Positions 55,225 through 64,000 of a stretch of DNA of 64,000 bases are shown piece after piece. The notes under the pieces are model-generated. The model searched no databases, had not been told where the DNA came from, and worked only from the letters and a program-made list of their open reading frames with translations. The translations under genes and the position numbers were made by a program. Positions within the stretch are counted from its first letter, which is position 1. Every line of letters starts with the position of its first letter. The stretch is from Burkholderiales bacterium (GTDB lineage Bacteria; Pseudomonadota; Gammaproteobacteria; Burkholderiales; JALYOK01): positions 10,149-74,148 of the forward strand of contig JBKJHT010000055.1 in NCBI GenBank assembly GCA_046598945.1, read 5' to 3'.

Positions 55225-57789
55225 ATGTCAAAAGCGCTGCAGCTTTCTTGGCTGACCAAAATCAGAACGAAATTCGCATCCCGTACCGATACGGAACATG
55301 AGCAGGCAATTTTGCGCCTGGCGATCAGCGGTATTCTGATCGGTTATATTTTCCTTCGTTTGAGCGGAGAGTCGAGCCCGCTCGGATTGGCCGGATGGCG
55401 CTGGCCCCTGTCGATCCTCTACCTCCTCGTCGCGAGCGGTATTCTTGCCTGGATACTCGCCTCACCGACGATCAATGTTCCACGGCGGCTGTTTGGCGCG
55501 ATCGCGGATATGGGCATGTCGAGTTACGGCATGGCTGTGACGGGGGATGTGGGAACCGTCATATTCGGCGTGTACCTATTCGTAACATTTGGTAATGGCT
55601 TTCGCTTCGGCAAACCCTATTTGTTTTTTTCCCAGGCGCTGAGCATCGTCGGGTTTTCCTTGGTGTTGGCAACCAACGGTTATTGGAAGTCCCACATTGT
55701 CTTGGGCCTCGGCTTATTGGTCAGCCTGGTGGTATTGCCACTTTATGTAGCAACACTCTTAACGCGAATCACTGAAGCGCGCAAGCGAGCCGAGGAAGCC
55801 AGCGGGGCCAAAAGCCGTTTCCTTGCGGTCATGAGCCACGAAATGCGTACGCCTTTGAATGGCATTATTGGCATGAATGACCTGTTATCGTCGACCGAAC
55901 TGAACGAGGAACAAAAAGATCTGGCGAATACGATGCAGAATTCGGCGAGAGTTTTGCTTTCCTTAATCGAAAATGTTTTGGATATAGCGAAGATAGAGGC
56001 TGGCAAGCTTACAACCGAAGTGATCGATTTCGATTTGCATGCGCTGGTCAATAACACCGTCAAGATATTGGCGCCACAAGCACACGTGAAAAAATTGCAG
56101 TTGCAGCTGCAAATTAACCCGCGCGCCGGTTATTTGTTGAAAGGCGATCCCCATCAACTACGCCAGGTGCTGATCAATTTGGTCGGCAACGCGATCAAGT
56201 TCACCGAACAGGGCGAAGTGTTGTTGCGCGTGGGAATTGTTCAAGAAGATGCGACGGGTATTCGGTTACGCTTCGAGGTGATAGATACCGGAATCGGTAT
56301 TCCGCTTGAAGCGCAGGCGAGTATTTTCGACAGTTTTACACAAGCGGATCAATCCACGACACGATGTTACGGCGGCACAGGGCTGGGCACGACAATTTCA
56401 AAGCAACTTGTGGAATTAATGGGTGGAAAGATTGGGCTTTCTAGCCAAGTGGGTAAAGGGACTGCATTTTGGTTTGAATTACCGTTGCTCAAGCAGCAAA
56501 TGAGCGACGAAACTGCCGAGAGGATGTTCCGCCTCGATAATAGTCATGTGTTGGTGTTGACCCATTCAGATCAGGACGCATCGACAATCGGTGAATATTT
56601 AACCGGTTGGGGGGCACGTTACCAACGCGTATCCAACCTCGCTGGCGCCCTTGAGTTAATAGATCGAGGCGAAGACCATTTTGATGTGGCGATCATCGAC
56701 GCGACTACGATTGAAGATGAGAATGAAGCCGCCAGCCAAATTGGTAAGCGCAATAAACGTGGAAAGCGTATCGCCCTGTTATTGGTAAATACCCAGATGG
56801 CGCTGGATGTCGATACAGAATTGAGCGCGTCGGGCTTTTCCGCGCTATTAGAGAACGCCACCAACAAAACCCTGCTATTCAATGCGATTCACGCAGCGGC
56901 AACCGTCGTGGATGAACAGACTTCGGCTGATGTCATTCCTCTCACGCGCAGATCTTCCGAGCAAATCCGCGAGGCGAATCGCCTACGCGTCCTGGTTGCC
57001 GAGGACAATCCGACGAATCAAAAAGTGATCCGCAAAATATTGGAACGCGCTGGACATGTGGTTCAAGTCGTCGAAAATGGCGAGGCCGCGCTGGATGCGT
57101 TGGAGCAAAACGAATTCGATATTGTTATTGTCGACATGCACATGCCGATTATGGGCGGAGTCGAAGTCGCGAAGTTTTATCGCTTCGTTGATCGCAAACT
57201 ACCACGCATGCCTTTTGTCATGCTGACCGCAAATGCCACTACCGAAGCCATGGAGGAATGCAATCAAGCCGGAATTGACGCGTTCCTAACAAAGCCGGTC
57301 GAAAGCCGGGAGCTCCTCGCGACCATTGCGCGTTTAACTGGCGACGAAAGATCAATCGCCGACGCGGAATCAACCAGCTCAGCGTGGTTGCACAGCACGC
57401 AAAGGCTCAGTCCGACGGAATCTCAGTCGGATTTGTTAAACCTTGTTACGTTGCGCGATCTGGAACGACTTGGCAATGATAGCCGTTTCTTAGCGAGTCT
57501 AATTAACGGTTTTCTTTTCGACAGCGAAGCGTTGATGAATAAAATGCAGATCGCGCTGAACGACGAGGAGTACGAACAGTTCAAAGACCTGGCGCATGGG
57601 CTCAAGGGCAGCGCGGGAAGCGTCGGCGCGACGGCACTGTTCAAGGTGAACTCGAAAGTCTTAAACGTCTCACATAAAGATTGCGCGCGCGAGGGCGTAC
57701 GGCTGCTCGCCGAAATCAAATCAATTTTCAGCGAGACACGAGTGGCGCTCAATGATTACCTGGAGCGCGGCGAAAAAGCCGTCATCTAG
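55225..57789 (+). CDS. rpfC: hybrid sensor histidine kinase (multi-TM input, HisKA, HATPase, REC, HPt; RpfC-like)
   Basis: 854 aa with ~5-6 N-terminal TM helices, H-box SHEMRTPLNGIIGM, G2 box GTGLGTTISKQLVELMGG, REC (VLVAEDNPTNQKV...DIVIVDMHMP) and HPt (HGLKGSAGSVGA). Confidence 0.88.
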   Translation: MSKALQLSWLTKIRTKFASRTDTEHEQAILRLAISGILIGYIFLRLSGESSPLGLAGWRWPLSILYLLVASGILAWILASPTINVPRRLFGAIADMGMSSYGMAVTGDVGTVIFGVYLFVTFGNGFRFGKPYLFFSQALSIVGFSLVLATNGYWKSHIVLGLGLLVSLVVLPLYVATLLTRITEARKRAEEASGAKSRFLAVMSHEMRTPLNGIIGMNDLLSSTELNEEQKDLANTMQNSARVLLSLIENVLDIAKIEAGKLTTEVIDFDLHALVNNTVKILAPQAHVKKLQLQLQINPRAGYLLKGDPHQLRQVLINLVGNAIKFTEQGEVLLRVGIVQEDATGIRLRFEVIDTGIGIPLEAQASIFDSFTQADQSTTRCYGGTGLGTTISKQLVELMGGKIGLSSQVGKGTAFWFELPLLKQQMSDETAERMFRLDNSHVLVLTHSDQDASTIGEYLTGWGARYQRVSNLAGALELIDRGEDHFDVAIIDATTIEDENEAASQIGKRNKRGKRIALLLVNTQMALDVDTELSASGFSALLENATNKTLLFNAIHAAATVVDEQTSADVIPLTRRSSEQIREANRLRVLVAEDNPTNQKVIRKILERAGHVVQVVENGEAALDALEQNEFDIVIVDMHMPIMGGVEVAKFYRFVDRKLPRMPFVMLTANATTEAMEECNQAGIDAFLTKPVESRELLATIARLTGDERSIADAESTSSAWLHSTQRLSPTESQSDLLNLVTLRDLERLGNDSRFLASLINGFLFDSEALMNKMQIALNDEEYEQFKDLAHGLKGSAGSVGATALFKVNSKVLNVSHKDCAREGVRLLAEIKSIFSETRVALNDYLERGEKAVI

Positions 57790-58688
57790 GCTGCTGCTTG
57801 CACCAACGTCGCGTCCGTCGCGACTTTAGCAAATTTCTGTTGTGCCCGGACGAGGCGCTCCATCATTCTTAGATCCTTGGCCTCAAGTCGGAATGCCGCG
57901 TCAACCCAGATCTTCGTGACATCGATTAATGTCTCGTAACGAATCGGCTGGCAGTGCCGACGAACTTGGGCTAAGGCATTCATCGCATTTTTACGACGGC
58001 TTTGTTTTTTGATGTATTCATACAGTGCCGTTTCTCCCTGGCCGTCCTCGGCAACAACATCCACCAGGCCGATCTCGAATAGTTCCTCGGCTGTGTAGAT
58101 ACGTCCACTCAGAATGAAATCTTCCGCCCGCTTCACACCGAGACGGCGACCAATCAAACTGTATGCCCCCATGCCGGGGAAAAGATTGAAGAGCACTTCG
58201 GGCAAGCCCATTTGCGCACTCTTCTCGGCGATAATAACGTCGCTGGACAACGCCGCCTCAAATCCGCCGCCGAGTGCGTCACCTTGCACTAAAGAAATTG
58301 TCGTGATCGGTAAGTTGTAATTGATAATGTTCGGGTACAAGACATCGATACACGCTTTAGCATAGCGAAAAAGTTTTTCCCGCTCGCCGTTGACGATGAG
58401 GTTGCGAAATAGGCTAAGGTCACCGCCAAGATTGAACACGCCAGGAACCTTCGATGCAAGTACGAAATAGTCGATTGAGCGCAATCGCCCTCGGGTCGCC
58501 ATCACGCCGCCGGAGCTTTGAATGATTGCTTGGTAGTCGCGCATGTCGGCCAGAATTCCGGTGGAAAAACAGGGCACGGGTTGCGGGTTCATGTGAGCCC
58601 ACAGAACCCCATATTCGTGATCAAAGCGAGCGGACAATTCACGGTAATTTTGATCAAATAAATTGATCTGTTCGGATATTGCGTTCAT
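57786..58688 (-). CDS. rpfF: DSF-family fatty-acid signal synthase (crotonase superfamily, RpfF-like)
   Basis: 300 aa, collinear with Xanthomonas RpfF as I recall it: VFNLGGDLSLF, GDALGGGFEAALS and GLPEVLFNLFPGMGAYS. The two Glu residues are exactly 20 aa apart, as in the RpfF catalytic pair. Ends with MERLVRAQ. Confidence 0.87.
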   Translation of the reverse strand: MNAISEQINLFDQNYRELSARFDHEYGVLWAHMNPQPVPCFSTGILADMRDYQAIIQSSGGVMATRGRLRSIDYFVLASKVPGVFNLGGDLSLFRNLIVNGEREKLFRYAKACIDVLYPNIINYNLPITTISLVQGDALGGGFEAALSSDVIIAEKSAQMGLPEVLFNLFPGMGAYSLIGRRLGVKRAEDFILSGRIYTAEELFEIGLVDVVAEDGQGETALYEYIKKQSRRKNAMNALAQVRRHCQPIRYETLIDVTKIWVDAAFRLEAKDLRMMERLVRAQQKFAKVATDATLVQAAA

Positions 58689-59065
58689 GTGAGCACCTAT
58701 TTGGTTAAGTTTTGGGTTAGGTAGGGAATACGTTAAGAAGAAATTCAGCCTAGCCTGGAATGTTTTAGACCGCGCTTTCTTGTCGATAATGCCGCATTTT
58801 TGTTAACTCTAGTAAATTAGCTAAAGTGTCTGTTGGTTAGGTTGGCGAAATTAATACAACCATTCTCAGCGTACTATTTCTTCCTCCGCACCCGCTTAAA
58901 GCACGTGATCGCGGCAAAGGAATAGGACACTTTGACGATTACACTATCAAAGATTTGTTAATAATTGCAAACTTTTTTAACGACGGGTTTTCCGGCTGAT
59001 AATGCCACCGCGAATTTTCCGATCGGAAGTCGGTAGAGTTTTATAACTCATTGATTTGGATAAAT

Positions 59066-59620
59066 ATGAATCACAATACTTCGCCGCCGTCAGATTGGGT
59101 CAAGCGCTGGTGTCGAGTGATCGAGGTGGGTGGCCGAGTGCTCGACCTGGCGTGCGGAGCCGGGCGTCATGCGCGCCTATTGCTGAAATGCGGATACAGC
59201 GTGCAGGCGGTAGATTTGGATATCTCCGAATTGGCTGATTTGAACGGTCGAGCGAACTTCGAATTATTGCAGGCAGATCTTGAAAACGCACGATGGCCAT
59301 TCGACAATAATTGCTTTGATGCCATCGTCGTAACCAACTATTTGCATCGCCCGCTTTTTGCGCATCTGATCGCGTCGCTGAAACCCGGTGGCGTTCTAAT
59401 TTATGAGACATTTGCCTCGGGTCACGGTCAGTTCGGCCGGCCAAGCAACCCAAATTTTCTACTGCAACCGGGCGAGTTGTTGGTTGCGGTTGAAGGTTCG
59501 CTGCGCGTGATCGCCTACGAAGATGTTTACGTTGAGAATCCGAAACCGGCGCTTCTTCAAAGGATTTGCGCGGTGCGTAACGGCGGGCGCCCGCGCCATT
59601 TTCCCGTGGCTGGTAATTAG
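59066..59620 (+). CDS. class I SAM-dependent methyltransferase
   Basis: SAM motif I RVLDLACGAGRHA and motif post-I VQAVDLD. ATG at 59066 (TTG at 59051 is also possible). Confidence 0.8.
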   Translation: MNHNTSPPSDWVKRWCRVIEVGGRVLDLACGAGRHARLLLKCGYSVQAVDLDISELADLNGRANFELLQADLENARWPFDNNCFDAIVVTNYLHRPLFAHLIASLKPGGVLIYETFASGHGQFGRPSNPNFLLQPGELLVAVEGSLRVIAYEDVYVENPKPALLQRICAVRNGGRPRHFPVAGN

Positions 59621-59652
59621 GGTAAAATCGCGCTTTATTTAATTATTTTGTC

Positions 59653-60528
59653 ATGATTAAGGGAAGCATAGTAGCCATCGCGACGCCGATGTTCCCCGAC
59701 GGGGGCATCGACTACGCGCGGCTAAAAGATTTAGTCGAGTTTCACGTCGTCTCGGGAACGGATGGCATCGTTGCGGTCGGCACGACCGGCGAATCCCCGA
59801 CCGTGAGTATGGAAGAAAATGTCGCCGTTATCGGCGCCGTCATTGAATATGCCGCCGGTCGAGTTCCAGTCATTGCCGGCACAGGCGCCAACTCCACCAA
59901 AGAAGCGATCGAACTGTCGCGCCACGCTAAGGCAATCGGCGCGAAGTGCAGTTTATCTGTCGTGCCGTATTACAACAAACCGACCCAAGAGGGAATGTAC
60001 CAACATTTCAAGGCGATTGTGGAGGCAGTGGATTTACCACAGATTCTCTACAACGTACCGGGCCGCACGGTTGCTGATTTACACAATGATACGACCTTGC
60101 GGCTGTCTCTCGTTCCCGGTGTGATTGGAATTAAAGATGCAACTGGCAATTTAGAACGCGCCGCCGATCTGGTGCGCCGCGCGCCGAAAGATTTTGCCTT
60201 GTATAGTGGCGACGATGGCACCGCGCTGGCATTCATGATGATGGGTGGCCACGGCGTCATTTCCGTTACGGCCAACGTCGCGCCGGCGCTAATGGCAACC
60301 ATGTGCCGCGCGGCGCTACAAGGCGACTTCGCCGCCGCGCGCGCCGCCAACGATAACTTGCAGGCGCTGCACCGTGATCTATTCGTCGAAGGTAATCCTA
60401 TTCCGGTGAAATGGGTGCTGGAACAGATGGGGCGGATTGGTTCCGGAATGCGCCTCCCCCTCACCCCGTTGTCGGACAATTACCACAGCCGTTTGCGCGA
60501 GGCGATGCACGCAGCCGGAATCCATTAA
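59653..60528 (+). CDS. dapA: 4-hydroxy-tetrahydrodipicolinate synthase
   Basis: 291-aa ORF with GSIVAIATPM, VGTTGES and the active-site Lys region IGIKDATG. Confidence 0.97.
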   Translation: MIKGSIVAIATPMFPDGGIDYARLKDLVEFHVVSGTDGIVAVGTTGESPTVSMEENVAVIGAVIEYAAGRVPVIAGTGANSTKEAIELSRHAKAIGAKCSLSVVPYYNKPTQEGMYQHFKAIVEAVDLPQILYNVPGRTVADLHNDTTLRLSLVPGVIGIKDATGNLERAADLVRRAPKDFALYSGDDGTALAFMMMGGHGVISVTANVAPALMATMCRAALQGDFAAARAANDNLQALHRDLFVEGNPIPVKWVLEQMGRIGSGMRLPLTPLSDNYHSRLREAMHAAGIH

Positions 60529-60584
60529 TGCCCAATAAATCGCCAACTCATTTCACCCTTTACGTTTTGTCCGAGGTTTTCCCG

Positions 60585-61715
60585 ATGAAGTCTTCGCTGC
60601 GCGTGGTTATCGCGTCATCGTTATTAGTACCCATGCTGGGTTGTAGTACCCAGTCTTCGTTTCTCGAAAGCAAAAAGATCGACTACAAGTCTGCGGGGCA
60701 GATTCAGCCACTGGAGATTCCGCCGGATTTGACTTCACCGTCGTCCGACGATCGATTCGCTGTACCCGATGGAAAATCTTCTAGTGGCACCACGCTATCT
60801 ACCTACGAAAGCGGAAAAGTTGCGGCGGGATCTAGCGATAAATCCGGCAAAGTATTGCCGGTGAACAGCAAGATCAAGCTCGAACGCGATGGCAGCCAGC
60901 GCTGGCTCAAAATCGACATGCCCGCCGAAGATCTTTGGCTGCAAGTACGGGATTTTTGGCAAGAGACCGGATTCATCCTCAAAATTGATGCGTCGGAGGC
61001 CGGGGTGATGGAAACCGACTGGGCCGAGAATCGCGCGAAGATACCGCAAGACATCGTACGCAGCACCATAGGCAAAGTGTTTGACGGACTGTATTCCACC
61101 GGCGAGCGCGACAAATTCCGCACTCGCTTGGAACGCGGCAAAGAAGCCGGCACCACCGAAGTCTATATTACCCATCGCGGCATGCAGGAGGTGTATACCT
61201 CGGAGCTGAAGAAGGACACCCGTTGGCAGCCACGCAAAGCCGATCCTGAGCTCGAAGCGGAAATGTTGCTGCGCCTAGCCAATCGTCTCGGCTCCGAAGA
61301 TGCCCGAACCCAGATTGATGCGCAGCCGAAGCCTGAAGATCGAGCCAAACTTGTCAAGTCAGGGGAGGGCAAGAGCCAGCTTGACGTGCTGGAAGATTTC
61401 GAACGCGCGTGGCGCCGGGTTGGACTGGCCCTTGATCGCGTTGGCTTTACCGTCGATGACCGCGATCGTTCGAAGGGCATCTATTTCGTCAGCTATGTTG
61501 ATCCGCAAGACGACAACAAGGTTAAACCCAAAGGATTTTTCGCACGGATCTTCGGTAGTGGCGATCCAAAACCCGGCAAGCAGGAGCAGTATCGGATATT
61601 GGTAAGTGACGCTGGCGAAACCACTGCAGTGCGTATTCAGGATAAAACCGGCACTCCGGAAAAAACCGCAGTAGGCGGAAAAATTCTCGAACTGCTCTAC
61701 GACCAATTGAAATAG
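60585..61715 (+). CDS. bamC: outer membrane protein assembly factor BamC (NlpB) lipoprotein
   Basis: Lipobox VPMLGC after MKSSLRVVIASSLL. Conserved dapA-bamC synteny. The ORF-track start at 60411 overlaps dapA and is rejected. Confidence 0.85.
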   Translation: MKSSLRVVIASSLLVPMLGCSTQSSFLESKKIDYKSAGQIQPLEIPPDLTSPSSDDRFAVPDGKSSSGTTLSTYESGKVAAGSSDKSGKVLPVNSKIKLERDGSQRWLKIDMPAEDLWLQVRDFWQETGFILKIDASEAGVMETDWAENRAKIPQDIVRSTIGKVFDGLYSTGERDKFRTRLERGKEAGTTEVYITHRGMQEVYTSELKKDTRWQPRKADPELEAEMLLRLANRLGSEDARTQIDAQPKPEDRAKLVKSGEGKSQLDVLEDFERAWRRVGLALDRVGFTVDDRDRSKGIYFVSYVDPQDDNKVKPKGFFARIFGSGDPKPGKQEQYRILVSDAGETTAVRIQDKTGTPEKTAVGGKILELLYDQLK

Positions 61716-61718
61716 CCT

Positions 61719-62489
61719 ATGTTGCGCTTCGCCTCGCTCGGCAGCGGTAGCGAGGGTAATGCGCTGATCGTCGAAGCCGGAGAAACTCGGCTGATGCTCG
61801 ACTGCGGATTTGGCTTGTCGGAAACGGAATCGCGCCTGGGTCGGCTCGGTTTGGCTCCCGCTGATATTTCCGCGATCATCGTCACCCACGAACACGGCGA
61901 TCATATTCGCGGCGTCGGCAAATTTTCGCGCAAACATCGTGTACCCGTTTGGCTTACCTACGGCACCTTTGCCAGCCAATCCGATGGGTTTTTGCAGTCC
62001 TATCTCGTACACGAAATTGACAGCCACGCTCCATTCGCCATCGGCGATGTCGAAGTGTTTCCCTTTCCCGTTCCCCACGACGCCCGCGAACCGGCACAAT
62101 TTGTATTCGGCGATGGCACGCTGCGCCTAGGCGTTTTGACCGACGTTGGCAGCACGACAGCGCACATAGAAAGTATGTTGTCGGGCCTCGATGCGCTTGT
62201 GCTGGAGTGTAATCATGACGCCGCGCTGTTACAGAAAAGCGCCTACCCGCATTCGCTTAAAGAGCGCATCGGTGGCCGTTTCGGTCATCTAAGCAATACG
62301 GCCTCGGCGAGCCTACTTGCCAAGCTTGATTGCGGTGCGCTGCAGCACTGCGTTGCCGCCCATCTCAGTCGCCAAAATAATTCCCCGGACCGTGCCCGCG
62401 CCGCGCTGGCGCCGGTTCTTGGCTGTGCGACGGACTGGATTGGCATTGCCGATCAAGACAATGGATTGAATTGGCGTAGTCTTGCATAA
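61719..62489 (+). CDS. MBL-fold metallo-hydrolase
   Basis: 256-aa ORF with LGSGSEGNA and IIVTHEHGDHIRG (HxHxDH). Confidence 0.85.
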   Translation: MLRFASLGSGSEGNALIVEAGETRLMLDCGFGLSETESRLGRLGLAPADISAIIVTHEHGDHIRGVGKFSRKHRVPVWLTYGTFASQSDGFLQSYLVHEIDSHAPFAIGDVEVFPFPVPHDAREPAQFVFGDGTLRLGVLTDVGSTTAHIESMLSGLDALVLECNHDAALLQKSAYPHSLKERIGGRFGHLSNTASASLLAKLDCGALQHCVAAHLSRQNNSPDRARAALAPVLGCATDWIGIADQDNGLNWRSLA

Positions 62490-62649
62490 AACATAAGATA
62501 CAAGTCAATTGACAACACTTCTATGACTTGACTTCTGAGTCTGCCTGGCCCAACCGAGCCAAACTTCAACCGGCCCTCTCAAAGCGCGCCTTAGCTTCCG
62601 CATAAGCGCGAACCCGCCGGTCAAGCTTAGGAGACCGTAAGTGACGTTG

Positions 62650-62814
62650 ATGATTACACACGACGGAAGATGCCTCTGCGGCGCCCTTCGCTATCAAGCG
62701 CATGGCGCGCCATCAGATCTTTTACATCGGAATTTCTCGAACTTGACTCACCGCGGCCAGTGCATTTTCTCGGAACCGGTTCTTCAGCCATCCAACACGC
62801 CTTCATGCGCCTGA
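62650..62814 (+). pseudogene. possible remnant of a GFA (CENP-V/glutathione-dependent formaldehyde-activating) family gene
   Basis: The 54-codon ORF MITHDGRCLCGALRYQAHGAP... matches the GxCxCGxxRY N-terminus of GFA proteins. The expected CHCxxC zinc site is absent in every frame downstream. Confidence 0.3.
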
Positions 62815-63025
62815 TCACCGCGCGCCGGCGTGGCGGCTGCGCTTCGCCGGGGTTTTTATTTGCAGTGGTTGGAAGACTTTGCTGTCTACCGGATCATGCT
62901 CAACCCGGATTAACGTATGCCGCCACGAAGCAACGCCAGCGCGGCTCCTGGCACATATGCCGTCAAGCTCGAGGCTACGTGCGGGTCGTGGCGTGGCGGC
63001 TCAAAAATCTTGCCGCATCCAGCGT

Positions 63026-63928
63026 TCAATCCACACATGACGTCGGACGCCATTGCACCTTAAACATCAAACTTTCGCCCTGGTGCAACACTTTCAATCC
63101 CGGCCGTCCGGGCAAATGAACAGCGTTGATGGGATGGGAGATGGGTTCGAAGCAGAACGTCTCGCCATCCGGCGGGCGATAAAAATGGCAATAGCCTTGC
63201 GCTGTCTGAGCAACACTGATGTCGAGTTTCAATCGATGTTCCGGCCATTCGATGGATGCCGCGCCTGACCATCCGGTGTAGGCATTGTCGATGAGCAAGC
63301 CATTGACCAAGACGGATTCGCGCAGATCCCAGGCCGATGGAAATTGTTGCGTATGCGCGATCGGCAGCGGATCGGCGCCCGTCAGCCAAACACCTTGCAC
63401 CGATGCGCGCAGGTGTGCATGCGGCGTGCGTGTGAACCAGGGATGAATGCCAATGCCATAAGGTAATGGCTCGGAACCGAGATGAACAACGTTGACTACT
63501 TGCTCCATGCCCCAATCTTCCAGCGCAAAAATTTGCGTCGCTTGATAGTCGTGCGGGTTGCCGCCGAATCGGTGTGACTCGAGCGTCATCACCAGGGAAT
63601 TATCTTGCGGTTGGGTCCATGTCCACCGTTGTAACCAGCCGTCGCCATGAATGGGGCAAGGCTCGCCTGCGCGGTTGGGTGACATCGCGTAGAAGCGCCC
63701 CGCGTGCGTGAAGCCGCCACCGCCGATACGGTTACACCACGGCAGCATGGCGAAGGCGGCAAGCGTGTAGCGATCTTCGCTGACACCGCCCCACGGCCGA
63801 AACAAATCCAGTCGCCCGTGTGGCCGATCGAGTTGCCAGGCGGCGACGCCGCCACTCAACGACGGCACGAGGCCCAGATGTTGATCGGCGTGATGGAGCC
63901 AGACGACAGGATGTTTGGCCAACGCCAT
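63026..63928 (-). CDS. aldose 1-epimerase family protein
   Basis: ~300-aa ORF with a mutarotase-like pattern (GGGFTHAGRFY, PIHGDGW, GIGIHPWF, FCFEP). I prefer the ATG at 63928 over the TTG at 63931. Confidence 0.82.
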   Translation of the reverse strand: MALAKHPVVWLHHADQHLGLVPSLSGGVAAWQLDRPHGRLDLFRPWGGVSEDRYTLAAFAMLPWCNRIGGGGFTHAGRFYAMSPNRAGEPCPIHGDGWLQRWTWTQPQDNSLVMTLESHRFGGNPHDYQATQIFALEDWGMEQVVNVVHLGSEPLPYGIGIHPWFTRTPHAHLRASVQGVWLTGADPLPIAHTQQFPSAWDLRESVLVNGLLIDNAYTGWSGAASIEWPEHRLKLDISVAQTAQGYCHFYRPPDGETFCFEPISHPINAVHLPGRPGLKVLHQGESLMFKVQWRPTSCVD

Positions 63929-64000
63929 CAAGCGCCGAAACAGGCAGCAGGCAAGCCCGGGCTATCGATCTCGACTGCGAACAGCGCGCCGGCGAGCGCT
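63928..64000 (-). CDS. 3' end of an unidentified upstream CDS (partial, runs off the window)
   Basis: Open frame ...ALAGALFAVEIDSPGLPAACFGA* whose TGA overlaps the epimerase ATG (ATGA-type coupling). Too short to name. Confidence 0.3.
   Translation of the reverse strand, partial: ALAGALFAVEIDSPGLPAACFGA

Noticed and set aside
62670-63119. 149-aa ORF on the + strand
   Set aside because: It overlaps the convergent aldose epimerase by ~94 nt and has a low-complexity, Arg-rich translation. At best it is the decayed remainder of the GFA-like pseudogene, not an independent gene.
1-64000. Search for prophage, integrative-element, rRNA, tRNA or CRISPR signatures
   Set aside because: I found no integrase, transposase, phage structural or cas-like ORFs in the six-frame track. 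I also found no cloverleaf-like tRNA candidates or rRNA-like stretches in the intergenic regions I read. The candidate defence operon therefore has no visible mobility context within this window.

Overview
This is a 64-kb chromosomal window from a proteobacterium. Gene order and protein families suggest a Beta- or Gammaproteobacterium, and GC looks like the mid-to-high 50s % by eye (not computed). I call about 60 protein-coding genes. I saw no rRNA, tRNA, CRISPR array, integrase or transposase. Most of the window is conserved housekeeping: recG-spoT-rpoZ-gmk, yicC, a Ser/Thr kinase-PP2C-rph-rdgB-hemW run, thrC-hom-aminotransferase, hemA-prfA-prmC, tupABC, an ECF sigma/DUF3619/DUF3106/RDD cluster, lptG, acs and dapA-bamC. 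The main hunt result is a tightly coupled three-gene operon at 49306-53612, lying between acs and the rpf genes. It encodes a 649-aa protein (N-terminal Rossmann-like 'MPFG' domain, TPR-like helical region, C-terminal LOG/SLOG-like domain), a catalytically intact patatin phospholipase, and a TIR protein with three TM helices and a small extracytoplasmic domain. I read it as a candidate Thoeris-like, nucleotide-signalling defence system with a domain and gene arrangement I cannot match to any named system. Other accessory observations: a second orphan TIR-TM-discoidin-like gene at 20188-21285; a Xanthomonas-type DSF quorum-sensing cluster (rpfG-rpfC convergent on rpfF, with overlapping stop codons); a ~150-bp MITE-like element in two inverted copies, each supplying the TAG stop of the upstream gene; a chimeric DUF1917-like::truncated-GNAT ORF that runs into prmC; an ECF sigma gene with no canonical start codon; tandem trypsin-like/TPR protease paralogues; and several short intergenic repeats and palindromes. 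All calls come from reading the ORF translations and the DNA. No database search was run.
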